From positions 3,885,003 through 3,949,002 of the forward strand of contig MU058065.1 of assembly GCA_013265495.1 (NCBI GenBank): DNA of 64,000 nt, given 5' to 3'. Shown here in pieces: positions 48,651 to 62,696 of this stretch; the first letter of the stretch is position 1; every line of letters begins with the position of its first letter. The notes below the pieces were generated by a model. The model saw nothing but the letters and a program-made list of their open reading frames with translations. It did no database searches and was not told the origin of the DNA. The position numbers were made by a program, and so were the translations under genes. The stretch comes from Vicugna vicugna (lineage: Eukaryota).

Positions 48651-51600
48651 AGATTTTCATTTTACATGAGCCTGGCAAATTTCGTAGCTAGTCCTGATTA
48701 AATAGTTATCCTGAAAGAATCTGGGCACAAGTTACAGGGAAAGAGGGAAAGCCAGTGAAAGAGAAATGAGAGAAAAGAAGGAGGAAGGGAGTGGGGGAAG
48801 AATTGTTGGTGTGATCCAATTTTTGGCAGAAAAATTAAAATGATAAAAATAAGAATAAATTCTCTTTTCTTACAGAAATATTTCCATCAAAATGGGGAAT
48901 AGGGTGCAAGGAAAGGAGACGTTAGTATGCAGGTCAAAAGATGGATGAGCTTCTAATGGAAAATGTAGCCTGTCTTACCGTCTTACTTAAGAATTGCCCA
49001 GAAAAAGAGGCAAAATCAAGAAATCCTTTTGAATAGACAAATCAAGAACACAATGCCAAGAAAATCAGTGCAATAATATAGAAGTCTCTGACTGAAATAC
49101 TTACGTAACTTTTTTTTTTAAAATGCAGAATAATATACAACTTACCCATGCAAGTGAAAAAGCAATTTTTATAACATGGTGCATTCAGTTTTTCAGAATT
49201 TCAGAGATTGATTTAAAACACATTTATACCTCATCAAAGAGATAGGCAATCTAAAATCTTGAGAAGATAGTAGGCTCTTTATCAACGCTTGTTGATTAGT
49301 TCATTAATCAACTCCTCCCTCCAGCTGAAGGAGTTCTCTCACAAAGCCCACACCTGCCTGGGGGAAGCTGTTTCCTCCGCTCCATGTGCTGTGTACTGCA
49401 CGCAACAGCCCACGCCTTCAAGCCAGTCCCCCATCATCAAGGACAGTTCTTCATCCCTCAGTCATTTTTCCTCAAATTAAGCCTCCCCAGCCATCAGTCA
49501 TGAGACATAGATTCTGCATCCTGCACTGTCTTTACCATTTCTTCTAAATAAGTTTCTTTTTGAAAATGCCTCTTAAACCATGATGCCTGACCTTCAAGCA
49601 GTCCTCTAGATAGATAGGCAGATGAGATCAGAATAAAGTAGGTGTCAAATCCCTACTTGCATTGCCTGAGATTACATTTATTTCATCTGACGGTTATTAA
49701 TCTAGCCATCGATAACACCTTGATATGGGCATTTCTTCGTAGAACTCAGTCAAAGATAGGATATTTGAGATATGTGAGATTTGCGTGTGATGTGTCCTAG
49801 GGGAGAAAGAGATCCATAGTTTTCACCAGACTCTCAAAGCGTTTTCTCCCCTCACCCCCTCCAAAAATATTCTAGAAGCTTTTAAACAAGAACTAGAGTA
49901 GAAATTTTCTGGTGCAAAAGAGAATTTTTTTTTTAAAGTTGATTAAAGAGAGAAATTATGAAACTAAAAGATACTTTAAACACTTGTTTGACTTAAAATT
50001 GCAAATGCAAATTTTTGTCTTTTTCTTTTTATGAAAGGGCAAGGCTATTTTCTTCCCATTTGGGTAAGCTGGCAGGAATTCTGCGTTTGGTTTGTCTTGT
50101 AAAAAGTACACCATTTAAAGGATCAAATGTGAGTTCCAGTTTCAGTTTTTTCAAGTTGAAAAGACACACTAGGGAAGTAATACGAATGAAGAATTCTAGA
50201 TTTTTATAATTTTTAGATGAGCAGTTGTCACGCTAACAATTCAATCAATAACATTTACTGAATGACTTGCCCTTGTCAAGTCTTTCCAAAGTATTCAATT
50301 GAAACAACTACAATTACATTTCATCCATGCAAGTGATGTTCAATTAAATAATGTAATTAAAATTATTGGGGTTTACAAAAGTAGACTCAATAATTAGCAC
50401 CCCTCTTTCCTACCCAGGTTCCAAATAAGTTGAAAATAAAACCAAGACTTCAATGTTTGAGATCAGACTATCACCTTCATAATGCTAGAAGTCAGACGGA
50501 AGGACTAGACTTTATTAGTCAAGTTGGTAGTGCAACCATTAGGCTAAGACTTAACTATCCAGTCCCAGGAAGCCTTGCCCTTGAGCTGGTCTTCCATCAC
50601 AGAGACCGAGGTCCTGGGTGAGCAGCACTAGTCATGTTTTACCCAAGAGAGAAAAGCAAAGCTCAGCCAATCAACCATTTTTCTTACTAATTTACCATGT
50701 GTAAATTACTCTACCTCCCCCGGGGCAAAATGAGTGAAGGAGAAGAGAGAGATTTGGAGACTACTGGGGGAAAACATCCCTCGTTATGGAATGAAGGAGT
50801 GGGAGAAAAGAAAAAGAAATTACCCTCTAACCGTAGTATCAAGTACAAATGGCTTCAACAGGTTCAGGAGCAAACCCATCTGTCACTGGGTCAACATAGG
50901 ACTGTCACAGGGGGACAGAAATACATGGCTTTCCTAGAGGAAGCCTCCTGGTTAGGTGTGTCTGGCTGGCATGTTTTTTTAGAAGCAATGATGTATCAGT
51001 TAATCTTTCTGTTTCTAGAAGTCAGTTAAGAGAATTCTAACATCTATTGAGCCCAGGCCTGCCCCATCCTGTCCAGGAAAAGTTCATGCATAACTTAAAT
51101 ATGCATTTTTTTTATATTTCATTTCATGTATTTCAAGAAGTGATTTTAGGTTATTACTCAAATCTGAGGAACATTAGAAAACAACTTTCTTGCAGGCAAA
51201 ACTGAAAGCTTCATTTTCTAAAAACTTTAGAACTTTTAGGATGCTTCATGACAGAGCAAACATATTTTATAACTAACAAAATTTTAACGAATGTAGTGCA
51301 AAGGTATTAGAATAGTTTACCCATCAAGCTCTACAGTCAGATAACGATAATTATATTTTGTTAGGATTAAAAACTAAAAAAACACATGAACCTAGCACCT
51401 TTGACAAAAATTTATCTCAAATAAAGTTAATGAAACATATATGTATATGTGTGTATATATTTGCTTCAGAAATATTTCTCCAAATGGAGCATTTAAAGGT
51501 TTTAAATATGATCCAGGTGAAAAACAGCATAAAAAAGATATAATTATTTTTGAAAAATTCTTAATAGGAAAGTAAGTATTTTTAAAATGCAGTTCTTATT

Positions 51601-52165
51601 TTAAATATTTCAGCCTTTAAGGTAGAAATTGTGCTCAGGTATCACAGAATTTGTATTAGATGTGCTCTGACTTACCCTAGGTGAGTCAATTTGGGAGTAT
51701 GCTCTGAACTCTATTTCTTTCTAAGACTAAGGACAATCGCTTGTCTCCTTTGGAATGCAGGGATTGGTTTTTGTTTTTTGTTATCTAAAGTGAAATCTTT
51801 CCATCTAGACACTCCTCCCTTGGCGCCACACCTCCACTGTCGCACAAAATATTTGAGACTGGGTATTGTTTCTGTGCTTTTAAAGACAGAACATTTCACA
51901 AAGTAACTTTACAACTACCCATAGGAATAGTTTTTAAAAGACATTTCTAGGAAAGGTCTGGGAGACTTAAGGGGAAACAGACTGAATAGAATTCTTCCTT
52001 TAACTTATTTACATGCATATATAAGTGTTATCATCCAGGTTTGCAAAGTCACATCTAGCTCATAGGGTATATAAAAACAGATGCCCACCACAGAGGAGAT
52101 GACTATCCTTGGCTGCAGGAGAAACTGCCCTGGTCGCCACATTCTTCAGTCATTGTGATCAAATG

Positions 52166-52405
52166 CAGTGGTTTTCAAATTCACCAGCCATTACTTCTGT
52201 GGGAAATCAGTTTAGTGGATCTGAACTAAAATTTTAAAAATAAATAGAACATAATAGGAAAGAAAAAGTGACAGAGTACCTTACCCGTGGTAACAATAAC
52301 TATTGTCGCTTGAAAAGCTTGTTTGATTTATGAGTTGCCATGCGACATGTACTTCTTACTTTAAAATCTTGGTGATGTCCCAAAATAAAGGAACAAGGAT
52401 CACTG
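52166..52405. mobile_element. hAT-Charlie-type non-autonomous element
   Basis: Starts cagtggttttcaaa and ends cactg; internal gaaatcagtttagtggat and atgtacttcttact motifs. No clear 8-bp TSD. Confidence 0.5.
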
Positions 52406-53773
52406 ACCTCTTACTACCAAATATGATCTTCATGTTTATTATTATTGTGTTTGATTCCAGCGGGACATTTTAGACTGTTGCCCACAATCTCAAAGCTTTG
52501 TTTGAAAAGTCATTCCTCTCTTGACTTCTGTAATGTTTCTCTCCTATCTTCTCACTCTCCAGGTCACTCCTGATTAACTTTCCCTTACCCGTTCTGTTTA
52601 ATATTTCTTCAGCGTAAAGTACAAATTCCTTAGCTGAGCAGAATACCCTTGGTCTCTGTCCCCTGCCTGCTCCTCTGGCCCCAGCCTCCACTGCTCTCCC
52701 ACAAGCACCCTCTCCTGTAGCCAGACCCAATTACTTGTAGCTCCCACATTGTAGGGCTAGTCCATCCTCCCTGCCTTCATCTAAACTGTTCCCTCTTTCC
52801 TAACCCACCACCAAGTTTCCTCCTGGAGAAATACTGCCCAGAATCTTTTGGGTATCACTGCTTTTGCAATGTACTATACTTACATGGTGCATATATATAC
52901 ACATCATCTATACTCATACAGTGGAAGTAAAAGTTTAGAGAAAGACTTAGCCTTTCTACCTTAGAGGCACTCACGTTTCCTTCTCTTCCCTTCCTTTTGT
53001 GTTAGAAAATGGCAGACCTGAACCAAAAAACGAATTTTATTACTCAGTAACAGGTTTCAACCCAGTAATGGAAAAACACCACGAAGCGAACTGAAAGCCT
53101 TTTTTAAAACCAGTCTCCCTCCTTTGTGAGTCTTTTTCTAGGCATGTCTACCATATTAAATATTCCCTTTGCTTCAGAATCAATCACTGTGAAATCTTAG
53201 CACTTCTCACTCACTGGTTGTGTAACCTGGGCAGATTCATTTATGCAACAAATATTTATCAGTGCTAACTATATCAGAAACACTCAGCTGCACTCTAAAG
53301 ATACTGACCGGAGATGAAGTAGACACACTCTGTCTCTGGTTTCACAGAGCCTGGAATCTCATCCATCCTCTGGAATGCAGACCTTTCTGTTAAAATTAAC
53401 CTTATTCCATTTAGCCCAATGATTTCCAAATGAAAAGTCAAATCATATTTAGAAACTGAATGTTCCCAGAGGCATAGAGATTTTAGTCTCTGTAGTTATC
53501 TGCAGTTAATGAGAATGTTCTCACATCTTGGTGGGAGTCAAGGGTACAAGTTACTGTCCCGACAAAGCCAAAGTACCTCTGATTAAGATATGCACAAACA
53601 GTCTACATACCTCAAGGAAATTATAATTTCTTTAAGGAGAGACAGAACCATATCTTGTGTTTTTGTGTATTGTCCACAACTTGAATACGATAGGTCTTTA
53701 ATAAATATTTTACTGGCTAATTTATTGGTGGATGGAGTTAATAAAATATGTTCCACATTAACAAATGCATCTG

Positions 53774-54968
53774 TAGGCAAAAAATTTTCTGACATAGCAA
53801 TGTTCTCCTAGGGCAGTCTACCCAGGCAATAGAAATAAAAGCGAAAATAAACAAATGGGAACTAATTAAACTTATAAGCTTTTGTACAGCAAAGGAGACC
53901 ATAAACAAAACAAAAAGACAACCTACAGAATGGGAGAAAATATTTGCAAATGATGCAGCTGACAAGGGCTTAATTTCCGGAATACACAAACAGCTCATAC
54001 AGCTTAATAACAAAAATGACAAACCCAATCCCAAAATGGGCAGAAGACCTAAATAAACAATTCTTGAATGAAGACATATAAATGGCCAAGAGGCACATGA
54101 AAAAATGCTCAATATTGCTAATTATCAGAGAAATGCAAATTAAAACTACAATGACGTATCACCTCACACCAGTCAGAATGGCTATCATTCAAAAGTCCAC
54201 AAACAATAAATGCTAGAGAACGTGCAGAGAAAAGGGAACCCTCCTACACTGTCTGTGGGAGTATAGTTTGGTGCAGCCATTATGGAAAACAGTATGGAGA
54301 TTCCTCAAAAGACTAGGAATAGACTTTCCATATGACCCAGGAATCCCGCTCCTGGGCATATATCCAGAGGGAACTCTAATTCAAAAACGTACATGCACCC
54401 CAATGTTCATGGCAGCACTATTTACAATAATCAAGACATGAAAACAACCTAAATGCCCATCAACAGATGAATAGGTAAGGAAGAAGATGTGATATATTTA
54501 TACAATGGAATACTACTCAGCAATATAAAAGAATAAAATAATGCCATTTTCAGCAATATGAATAGACCTGGAGATTGTCATTCTAAGTAAAGTAGGCCAG
54601 AAAGAGACAGAAAAATACCATATGATTTCACTTATATGTGGAATCTAAAAAAAAGACAAGTGAACTTATTTACAAAACAGAAACAGACTCACAGACATAG
54701 AAAACAAACAAATGGTTACCAGGGGGGAAAGGGGATGGGAAAGGATAAATTGGGAGTTTGAAATATGCAGATATTAACAACTATATACAAAATAGATAAG
54801 CAACAAGTTTCTACTGTACAGCACAGGGAACTATATTCAATATTTTGTAGCAACCTATAATGAAAAAGAATATGAAAACAAATATCTGTATGTATATGTA
54901 TGACTGAACCTATTATGCTGCACACCAGAAATTAACATAACATTGTAAACTGACTACACTTCTATTAA
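53774..54968 (+). mobile_element. 5'-truncated cetartiodactyl-type L1, about 1.2 kb
   Basis: ORF2 C-terminal region with stops, 3' UTR and short A tail. Degenerate TSD acaaatgcatctg (53761-53773) / aaaaatgcatgtg (54969-54981). Confidence 0.95.
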
Positions 54969-56003
54969 AAAAATGCATGTGGAAACAGAAGAAGTAACTA
55001 CCAGGTACCTAGAGCACCTAGGAAGCTCCTATAAACATCATTTTAACCCCCCAGTTTCAATCTGGAACATGAATGACAGTGTCAATAGTTAACAATATTT
55101 CTTATTTCATCGTATTCCTCTCCACTTAGTGTAAATAATACACTTGAAACTAACAAACCCACTGCTGTCTCTTGAGATTGCCTTTATCAGCATTCAATAC
55201 CATTCCTATTTTAAGATAATTACAGGAGATAGTCACAGCTAATTAATATTGTTCCTTAAATAAAGATTAAGTGGAAAGAGTTTATCGGTGACTTTAAAGT
55301 CGGATTGTTTTCTCAGCTCAGTGATTCCTGGACAGATGCATGGCTCTTCCTGTGTCACAAGCATTGTCTCCTCATCCCTGAGCCGCCATCAGCTTGCATT
55401 GACTTGATGCCTCTGATTGTATATTGATTGTAAAGCTTTTTGCCACCCAGTGGAACATAGTGACAGAACAAAACGCTGGGCTGGCATTGTTCCTCCCACA
55501 AGTCCTTCCTGTCGCCGTGGTTACCCAGCCTTGCTGGGCAAAGATAAGGGAGGAACACGAGGGTGGCCTCAGTGAAGTCTTCTCCCTTAGTGCCTGAGCC
55601 TGGGGCTCACAGGTGATCAAGGACCCTGAGGGCTGAGTGAGCCTTCCTGTGCTCTTGCTCCCAACCCCCCAGCTGGCCTCAGTCAAAGGGATAGTTCTCA
55701 GGGAATTCGATTTGCAAATTTTGCACTCTGCAGGGTGGGCATTGTATTGTAAGTTTCCTGTCACTGGAGGTTAATAGTTTACCCCTCCTGGCAACCTACA
55801 CTGACAGAGTTTCCTGGAGAGAGCAGCTAATTGATAATGCTGCTCAATCCAAGGCAGGGTGAGCACCTGCTCCCACGTGGCACCCAGAAAATGCATACTT
55901 TTGAGCTCTTGTACTAATGTTGAAAACCACGGAAATTTCTTTATTCAGTAAATGTTATATTATCACCAAATAAAGTTTCTCAAAAGCTTCCAGAAAGTTT
56001 TCA

Positions 56004-56027
56004 AACACACACACACACACACACACA
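56004..56027. repeat. (AC)n microsatellite
   Basis: Directly visible. Confidence 0.9.
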
Positions 56028-56399
56028 GAGAAGATACGGTGTCCACCCCTTGGTGAAGGAGTTAGCAATTCTAGTTTTATCCACATAGGTTGGTTCAAAT
56101 GAGGCAACTGTGTGCATAAACCAACGTGATAATATGTTGTTTTTCACCCAGGAAAAAAAAAAGTGGTTGGGAGACATGAGATGCGCAGTTAGTCTCTTAG
56201 TCTGTCTCTCTCTTTCTCTCTCTAATCTAAATACGCAGATAGACTCAATCTCAGATACGTAACTTTGATTCAAAAATAAGAGAGAAAAGGGAAAAGCTAG
56301 CCAAGTATAGTAGAAGAAACAAGTTTTGCACACATGGTGTATTACCAAGCCCAGGGAAGCCACTGAAGGAATTCTTGTTGAATGAAAACAATAATGAAT

Positions 56400-56620
56400 C
56401 AGATGGACCTTAATGTAAATCCCGATCCTGGCCTCAGCTGCTGTGTGAACTGCTCAAGTTAACGCAGCATCTCTGAACCTCACTATTCTCGTCTGCAAAC
56501 TGAAGAGGGCGTCACCACTACTGTAGAGATTCAGTAAAGATTAAACCCAGTGAGATCACGTATGCGAGGTGCCAGGTCCTGACACAAGCACTAGCCTGGT
56601 CTTGCAAACGGTTGTTAGGA
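56400..56620 (+). mobile_element. MIR
   Basis: aatcccgatcctggcc...gctgtgtga...tctctgaacctcac...tctgcaaa. Confidence 0.65.
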
Positions 56621-57354
56621 TTTTGTTATCCTGTTCTTGGCTTTGCTATAAAGGCTTCTCTGTGAGCTTCAGGAAGCCAAAGCCCCATCCGCTTTATTCG
56701 GTCTGTACTCAGAGGTGCTCAGAGGCACAGAGAGGTGCCCAGCTGATGCTCTTCCAGACACTCTCCCTTGCCCTGCCCACTTTTACCCCCAGGAGGACAA
56801 GCCCTGTCTCTGCTTCCAGTTGAAGGCTATAAACCCCCTCATTGGCTGAGTCCCTCAGTGAGTTACTGAGTTAGGAGGTCGTTAGGGGCGGTACCCAGAG
56901 CAAAGCGGTGCCCTCCAGCTGGGGAGCTGCAGCTCAGGGGTCTCTGCTTTGGGCCTAGGTGCCGGAAGCCTCTTGCCTGCTGCCTCTGATGTGCGCAGTT
57001 GATTTTGAAGGTCTCGGGTCTATCCCAGTCCCATTTTTGCTTAACTGTGCGGCTCAGTCACTCGTTGTTTGGCAAACATTTGTGCATCAGACACCGTGCA
57101 AGGCCAGGGGCATGGCAATCATTGGAGCAGCCTCTGCCCTAGAGGAGCTTAGAATCTGCTGAAAGAAAGACAAGTAAACTGATGCCAACCACACAAGGCT
57201 TCTGATTCTGGGGACAGAAAACAAGCACACAGATCAGCATGATTCCAGAAGCGCTGGACTCGGGTGGGCTGTGGTTAATCACTGCTTTCTACTTACTGGC
57301 CATCGGATACCTTAGTCTGCTTGTCTGCTACTGAGTCTAATATGCCTCTGTGTC

Positions 57355-57520
57355 TACCTTCTGGCTACTCTAAGTGGGGTCACTGGGTCAGCAGCATCTG
57401 CACCCCCTGGGAGATCTCTGGAAGGGCAGACTCTCAGGCCCACCCACCCTGACCTACTGATTTGGAATTGGCATTGTAACAAGATCTTCAGCTGACTTGT
57501 GTGCACATTGTTTGTTAGAC
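57355..57520. mobile_element. MER5A-like hAT MITE
   Basis: cagcagcatctgcaccccctgggag...ctcaggcccacccaccctgacctactgat...taacaagatc. Confidence 0.7.
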
Positions 57521-58166
57521 TTTGATCTCTCTCTCTCAAGGCTTTGGGTAAGAAAAATGAGGTGACAGAGGCATAGTTGTTGGGACAATAGGTCATCACA
57601 TAGTATCAGGTCCCTTCTTTTCTATAGGGTTCATTTCTGATGAGTGACACCTTGAGTGCTATTAGAGTCATACCACAGACTGCAAGGCACTAGTAAGAGA
57701 AGTGAGTAATGCATTAGAGATGCTGCTTTCAGGGTCATCTGTAATGATGCTGAAAGAGAAGGAAAATATTCTTAGGTTGGACTCCAACTGGAAAATCAGT
57801 CCTCAGACCAAAGAGAATAAACTCCTTGGCTTTGTGCATGGATGCCAGAGAGAAGGCCAATACCAACAGGCAGAAAACAAAGTGCGTAGATAAATAAGCA
57901 TTATCACTGGGAACATTTGTCCATTGCAGAAGTGAACAGAGGTGGAGACAGCCATGGTCAGCTGAACACAAATATCAGAAAGAAAATCACAACCCTAAAA
58001 AGGGCTACCAGCAAAGGGCCAACAAACATGGGAAAATATACTCAAGTTCAGTAGATATTAGGAACACACCAGCTAGAGTAAAATGAGGTAATACTTTCCC
58101 TTCTGACTAGCAAGAACTAAAAAGACTGCAACACCTAATTCTAGAGTGGGTTGAGGGGATCAGTGG

Positions 58167-59096
58167 GTCAATTTCTGGTGTACAGTATAATGTTTCAGTC
58201 ATACATGCATATACATATATATATTCATTTTCATATTCTGTTTCATTATAGGTTACTACAAGATATTGAATATAGTTCCCTGTGCTATCCAGAAGAAACT
58301 GTTGTTTATCTATTTTATATATAGTAGTTAATATTTGCAAATCTTGAACTCCCAATTTATCTCTTCCCATGTCCTTTCCCCCCATAACCATAGGTTATTT
58401 ACTATGTCTGTGAGTCTGTTTCTGTTTCATAGATAAGTTCATTAATGTCTTCTTTTTTCATTTTTTAGATTCCACATATGAGTGATACCATATGGTATTT
58501 TTCTTTCTCTTTCTGCCTTACTTCTCTTAGAATGATGATCTCCAGTTCTATCCATGTTGCTACAAATGGCATTATTTTATTCCTTTATATTGCTGAGTAG
58601 TATTCCATTGTATAAATATACCACATCTTTATCCAGTCATCTGCTGATGGACATTTAAGTTGTTTCCATGTCTTGGCTATTGTAAATGGTTCTGCTATGA
58701 ACATTGGGGTGCATGTATGTTTTCAAATTAGACTTCCCTCTGTATATATGCCCAGGAGTGGGATCGCTGGATTATATGGTAAGTCTATTTTCAGTTTTTT
58801 GAGGAATCTCCACACTGTTTTCCATAACGGCTGCACCAAATTGCATTTCCATCAACAGTGTAGAAAGGTTCTCTTTTCTCCACACCCTCTCCAGCATTTA
58901 CCATTTGTGGACTTTTGAATGATGGGCATTCTGACTGGTGTGAGGTGTTACCTCATTGTAGTTGTGATTTGCATTTCTCTGATAATTAGCAATATTGGGC
59001 ATTTTTTTATGTGCTTATTGGCCATTTGTATGTCTTCATTGGAGAATTGCCTGTTTAGGTCTTCTGCCCATTTTTGGATTGGGTTATTTGCTTTTT
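58167..59096 (-). mobile_element. Cetartiodactyl-type L1 lacking its poly(A) end
   Basis: Antisense ORF2 end and 3' UTR homologous to 53774-54968. It stops at ...gaaattgac with no terminal bases, tail or TSD. Confidence 0.95.
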
Positions 59097-59409
59097 CACA
59101 TACTTTATTAATGTGAAAAGTTAGAGTCTGTGAACAGCTCTTTCTTTATGTATATATATGCAAACTTACATACTTACACATACATATATCCTAACAACGT
59201 TCAAAACAGCAAAAATTTGAATACATTAGGAACTTTCTATACTATGAACTCTTATGCAGCCATTGAAAAGAATAAATGGAAGCTATGATAGTTAATTTGC
59301 AAGGATATCTGCCAAGTGTTGTGGAGAAAAGTAGATGGAACAAAGTACAAATAATAGAATCCCATTTTTAGAAAACAAATAACAACAAAGACAATCCTAA
59401 GCTGGAGTA

Positions 59410-59808
59410 CTCATTCCTCCCCTGCACATCAACCCTTGACCCTTTCCACTCGGATCTGCACCCGCAAAAGGCTGACCTCCATGAACCAGACCATCTGATT
59501 CTATGAAACTGATGACTTCCTGTCAGGCTCAGCCAATCAGAAGTGCTGGCAAGAGAGGGAAGTCAGGACTGGCTGAGTCTTTGAACAGCACAGCTTCTCA
59601 CAAGATAGACCTTTCTTTATGACTTTCCTTTAATTTCTGGCAACTACTTCCTCCCTTCTGTGAGTCTTAGGGACGTTAAACAACCCTGGGGTTCTAGTTT
59701 TTGTTATTCTACTTGTACTTTTATAAATAATCCCATTAATAGGTTTTCTTTGAATGATCTGAATTAAAAGTTGCCATCTGTTTTCCTGCTGAGGACTTGT
59801 CTAATACA
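59410..59808 (+). mobile_element. LTR33-like ERVL LTR
   Basis: aggctgacctccatg...tcagccaatcagaagtgctggcaagag...tgccatctgttttcctgctgaggacttgtctaataca terminus. Confidence 0.65.
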
Positions 59809-60197
59809 ACATCTGCTTCTGCATATTTGTATATGTCTATTCATTTTGTATAACTACATAAACATGGAGAATTACAGAAGGATCCATAGTATGTGGTTAC
59901 TATGAGATATCGAAGTTGAGTGGAGGGCAGAGATGAGGTAGGAATAATGGTGGGTAGAATGGAGGAGCGGGGACTGAGAAAAAGGGAAAAGAGCAAAAAA
60001 TCTGCACTAAATTAACGCCCCCCAAAATATACAAAATTATACATGATATCACATTTAACATTTTAGACATTTATATGTATTCTAATCTAATCTAAAAATC
60101 CAATGGGCAATATGAAAAAAGACACTAAATAATTACAGATTTCCTGGCTCACAAGGTAATGGGGGAAGCAGAGTGAGAAACTGAACATCTGGGTTTT

Positions 60198-60528
60198 TAA
60201 AAAATTATTTTATCATTTTGTTTTATTTCCTTTTTTTTTTTTTTACTGAAGTATAGTTGATTTACAAAGTTTGTTAATTTCTGGTGTACAGCATAGGGAT
60301 TCAGTTATACATAGACATGTTTCTTTTCATATTCTTTTTCATTATAGGCTATTGCAAGGTATTGAAGGTATTCCCCATGCTATACAGTAGGGCCTTATTG
60401 TTTATCTACTTTATATATAGTAGTTGGTATCTGCAAATCCTAAACTCCCAATTTATCCCTCCACCCCTCTTTCCCGCCTGGTAACCATAAGTTTGTTTTC
60501 TATGTCTGTGAGTCTGTCTTTGTTTTGT
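60198..60528 (-). mobile_element. Short cetartiodactyl-type L1 3' UTR insertion
   Basis: Poly(T) plus antisense 3' UTR. TSD tgaacatctgggtttt (60182-60197) / tgaacatctggctttt (60529-60544), 15 of 16 identical. Confidence 0.95.
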
Positions 60529-61897
60529 TGAACATCTGGCTTTTAATGTAGACTGAAACACTCCTAATAAGAGGCAGGATGTCCCAGTGGAAGATGAGGT
60601 TTTTAAGCAAATTGATGGGTTAACAAAGAACAAGAATTCTTCTGTTAGTGATTCAATATGTTCAAAGGGAATAAAGAGCCACACATCTCAAAAAAAAAAT
60701 CTTTTTAGGACCTTTCTTAGCTGTAGAAAGGTGAGAAGAAACAAAATCATAGTTGAGAAAATGGCCCATTCTTATGTTGGAAGAAGTTTGCATTTGTAGG
60801 ACAGAAACAAAGAAACACACACACACACACAATTGGTCAAATGGTACTGCATTTTATTCAGTGATAAAAGGAAGACATGATGAGATGGGACACCCAGGAT
60901 TTGAGAGAATGGCTGATTTGGCATAAGACCAACTTTATTAGCCAAGAATGACAAGACATATTGAACAGAGGTGTCAGAGCTGTGAGAAGTGTATAAAGCA
61001 GAAGTCCAGAGCAGAGAGGGCAGCCAAGCTAGCAAAGGCAGTGCTTATACTCCAGAAGAATGGTTGTGCACTTAGTGTCTGTCCCTGAAATCAGACCCAG
61101 TGAGAATCAGAATCACTTCCCTAATAAGGCAAAGTAATCACATCATGATGGCCAAGGAAGAGGCTAGCACATTGTGGAACCATTTTGTAAGCCACTACAG
61201 GTTATTCTAAAGGTCTCTATGGATCCAAGGGTCAACTCTGAGTCTGAGTTAATCATAAAACTAAAGGAGAGGGCTGAATTCTAGGACACTCACCCATTCC
61301 AGAGGAAGCTGTGGGGAGAGGTCCAGTCATGGTCTGTCCAGTGTACGTGCACAGACTGGAGAAAGTGGTGTGACCCCTCATGCATACCTGTAATCTCCCT
61401 TTAACAGAAGAGTTACCTTATTGCTTTGTTCTTGACCACAATCTTTACTACCAGTTCATCCGGAGTTAGGTCCTAGCCAGAGAAACAGGTCAGCAAACAA
61501 CCCATCATGAATAGTATGACACAATATTTCTTTCTTCCCCTAGAGAGTGTTATTTCTAAACAAATTCCCTTGGGTGTTGAATGTATTGCAAATGGAAGAC
61601 ATTTATAACAGATCAGCAAGTATTTATTGATTATCTCACATTGTAGAACTGTAGATCTAGAAGAGATCCCAAAGTTGATTTGCCACAAACCCTTTACTTT
61701 TACAGGAAGTATCTGAAAGACTCAAGAGGATAGGATATTTGCCCAAGATTACTCAGTAAGTTTTATAAGCAACATACTCTTAAAGTGGACCCATACTTCA
61801 GAAGTATAAAGGCATGACTTACTATAAATATAATAGCACAGTTGCCAGTGTAGAGCATTTGTTAGTTACAGAAATCTGTACAACATCCTTCAGACAC

Positions 61898-61944
<47 letters not shown>
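61898..61944. repeat. Long pure (AC)n microsatellite
   Basis: Directly visible; explains the THTH run in ORF 61814-62056. Confidence 0.95.
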
Positions 61945-61946
<2 letters not shown>

Positions 61947-62568
61947 CACTTATCATCCTAACGACCCATGGAGGCACATCCCCCTGCATTTGTAACCAGG
62001 GAAATGGCCTTATTTCTCAAACTAAAGAGACAATAGGGACAAGGGCCAGTACATGATTAAAACAGGAAGGCACTGTTCTCCAAGCTCTCTCTTCATTTTC
62101 TAAAATCTTAATTCCCCGCCTCACATGTCAGTTCATGGTACCAACTGATGTCACCAGTGTAGAGACGCATCCCAGAGAGCCCTGACGCCAGAAGTCCAGC
62201 CAAGAACAACGATGCTGTTCCTGTCTCACTTGCTAACAATGGTGTCACAAGCTTGGATTGACCACTGAAAGAGAGATCAATTGGAGTGACAGCCTTTCAG
62301 CTCTGCAGAAACTATAGAACCGTCTCAAAGAAAGGAAACAGACAGGAGTTTCTAGAGTCAGAAAACATGGATGCATTCACTCTCTGACGTTCCATCTCAG
62401 CCTGACCCTGGGGGAGAGATGCAGGACTGTCAGTGACAGTGCAGCCATGGCAGGACAAGACGGGTGTTTGGAGAGATCCTGGTGGTCAGCCAAGGGCTGG
62501 AAGCTGAGCTTTGCTGGTCTAATAGTATTTCAGCTGAAACTAGTTAATTCAGTTAAAGATAACATAAA

Positions 62569-62696
62569 GAGGGAGGGTATAGCTCAAGTGGTAGAGTACA
62601 TGCCCAGCACGTGGAAGGTCCTGGGTTCAAACTTCAGTACCTCTAAAAATGAACCTATTTACCTCCTCCCGCAAAAAAAAAAAAAAAAAAAAAAAA
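62569..62696 (+). mobile_element. tRNA-Ala-derived SINE (Vic-1-like, camelid)
   Basis: gggagggtatagctcaagtggtagagtacatgc...ggtcctgggttcaaacttcagtacctc with A and B boxes, a short body shared with the 3568-3738 copy (aaccyaattacctc-like) and a long poly(A). Confidence 0.9.

Noticed and set aside
53738..54112. 124-aa minus ORF (also 58673-58918, 58919-59116, 33092-33304)
   Set aside because: Antisense translations of L1 sequence, a common artefact.
62571..62644. Functional tRNA-Ala gene (also 3660-3737 minus)
   Set aside because: Disrupted anticodon and T arms, SINE body and A-rich tail, and a TSD on the 3568-3738 copy; these are SINEs.
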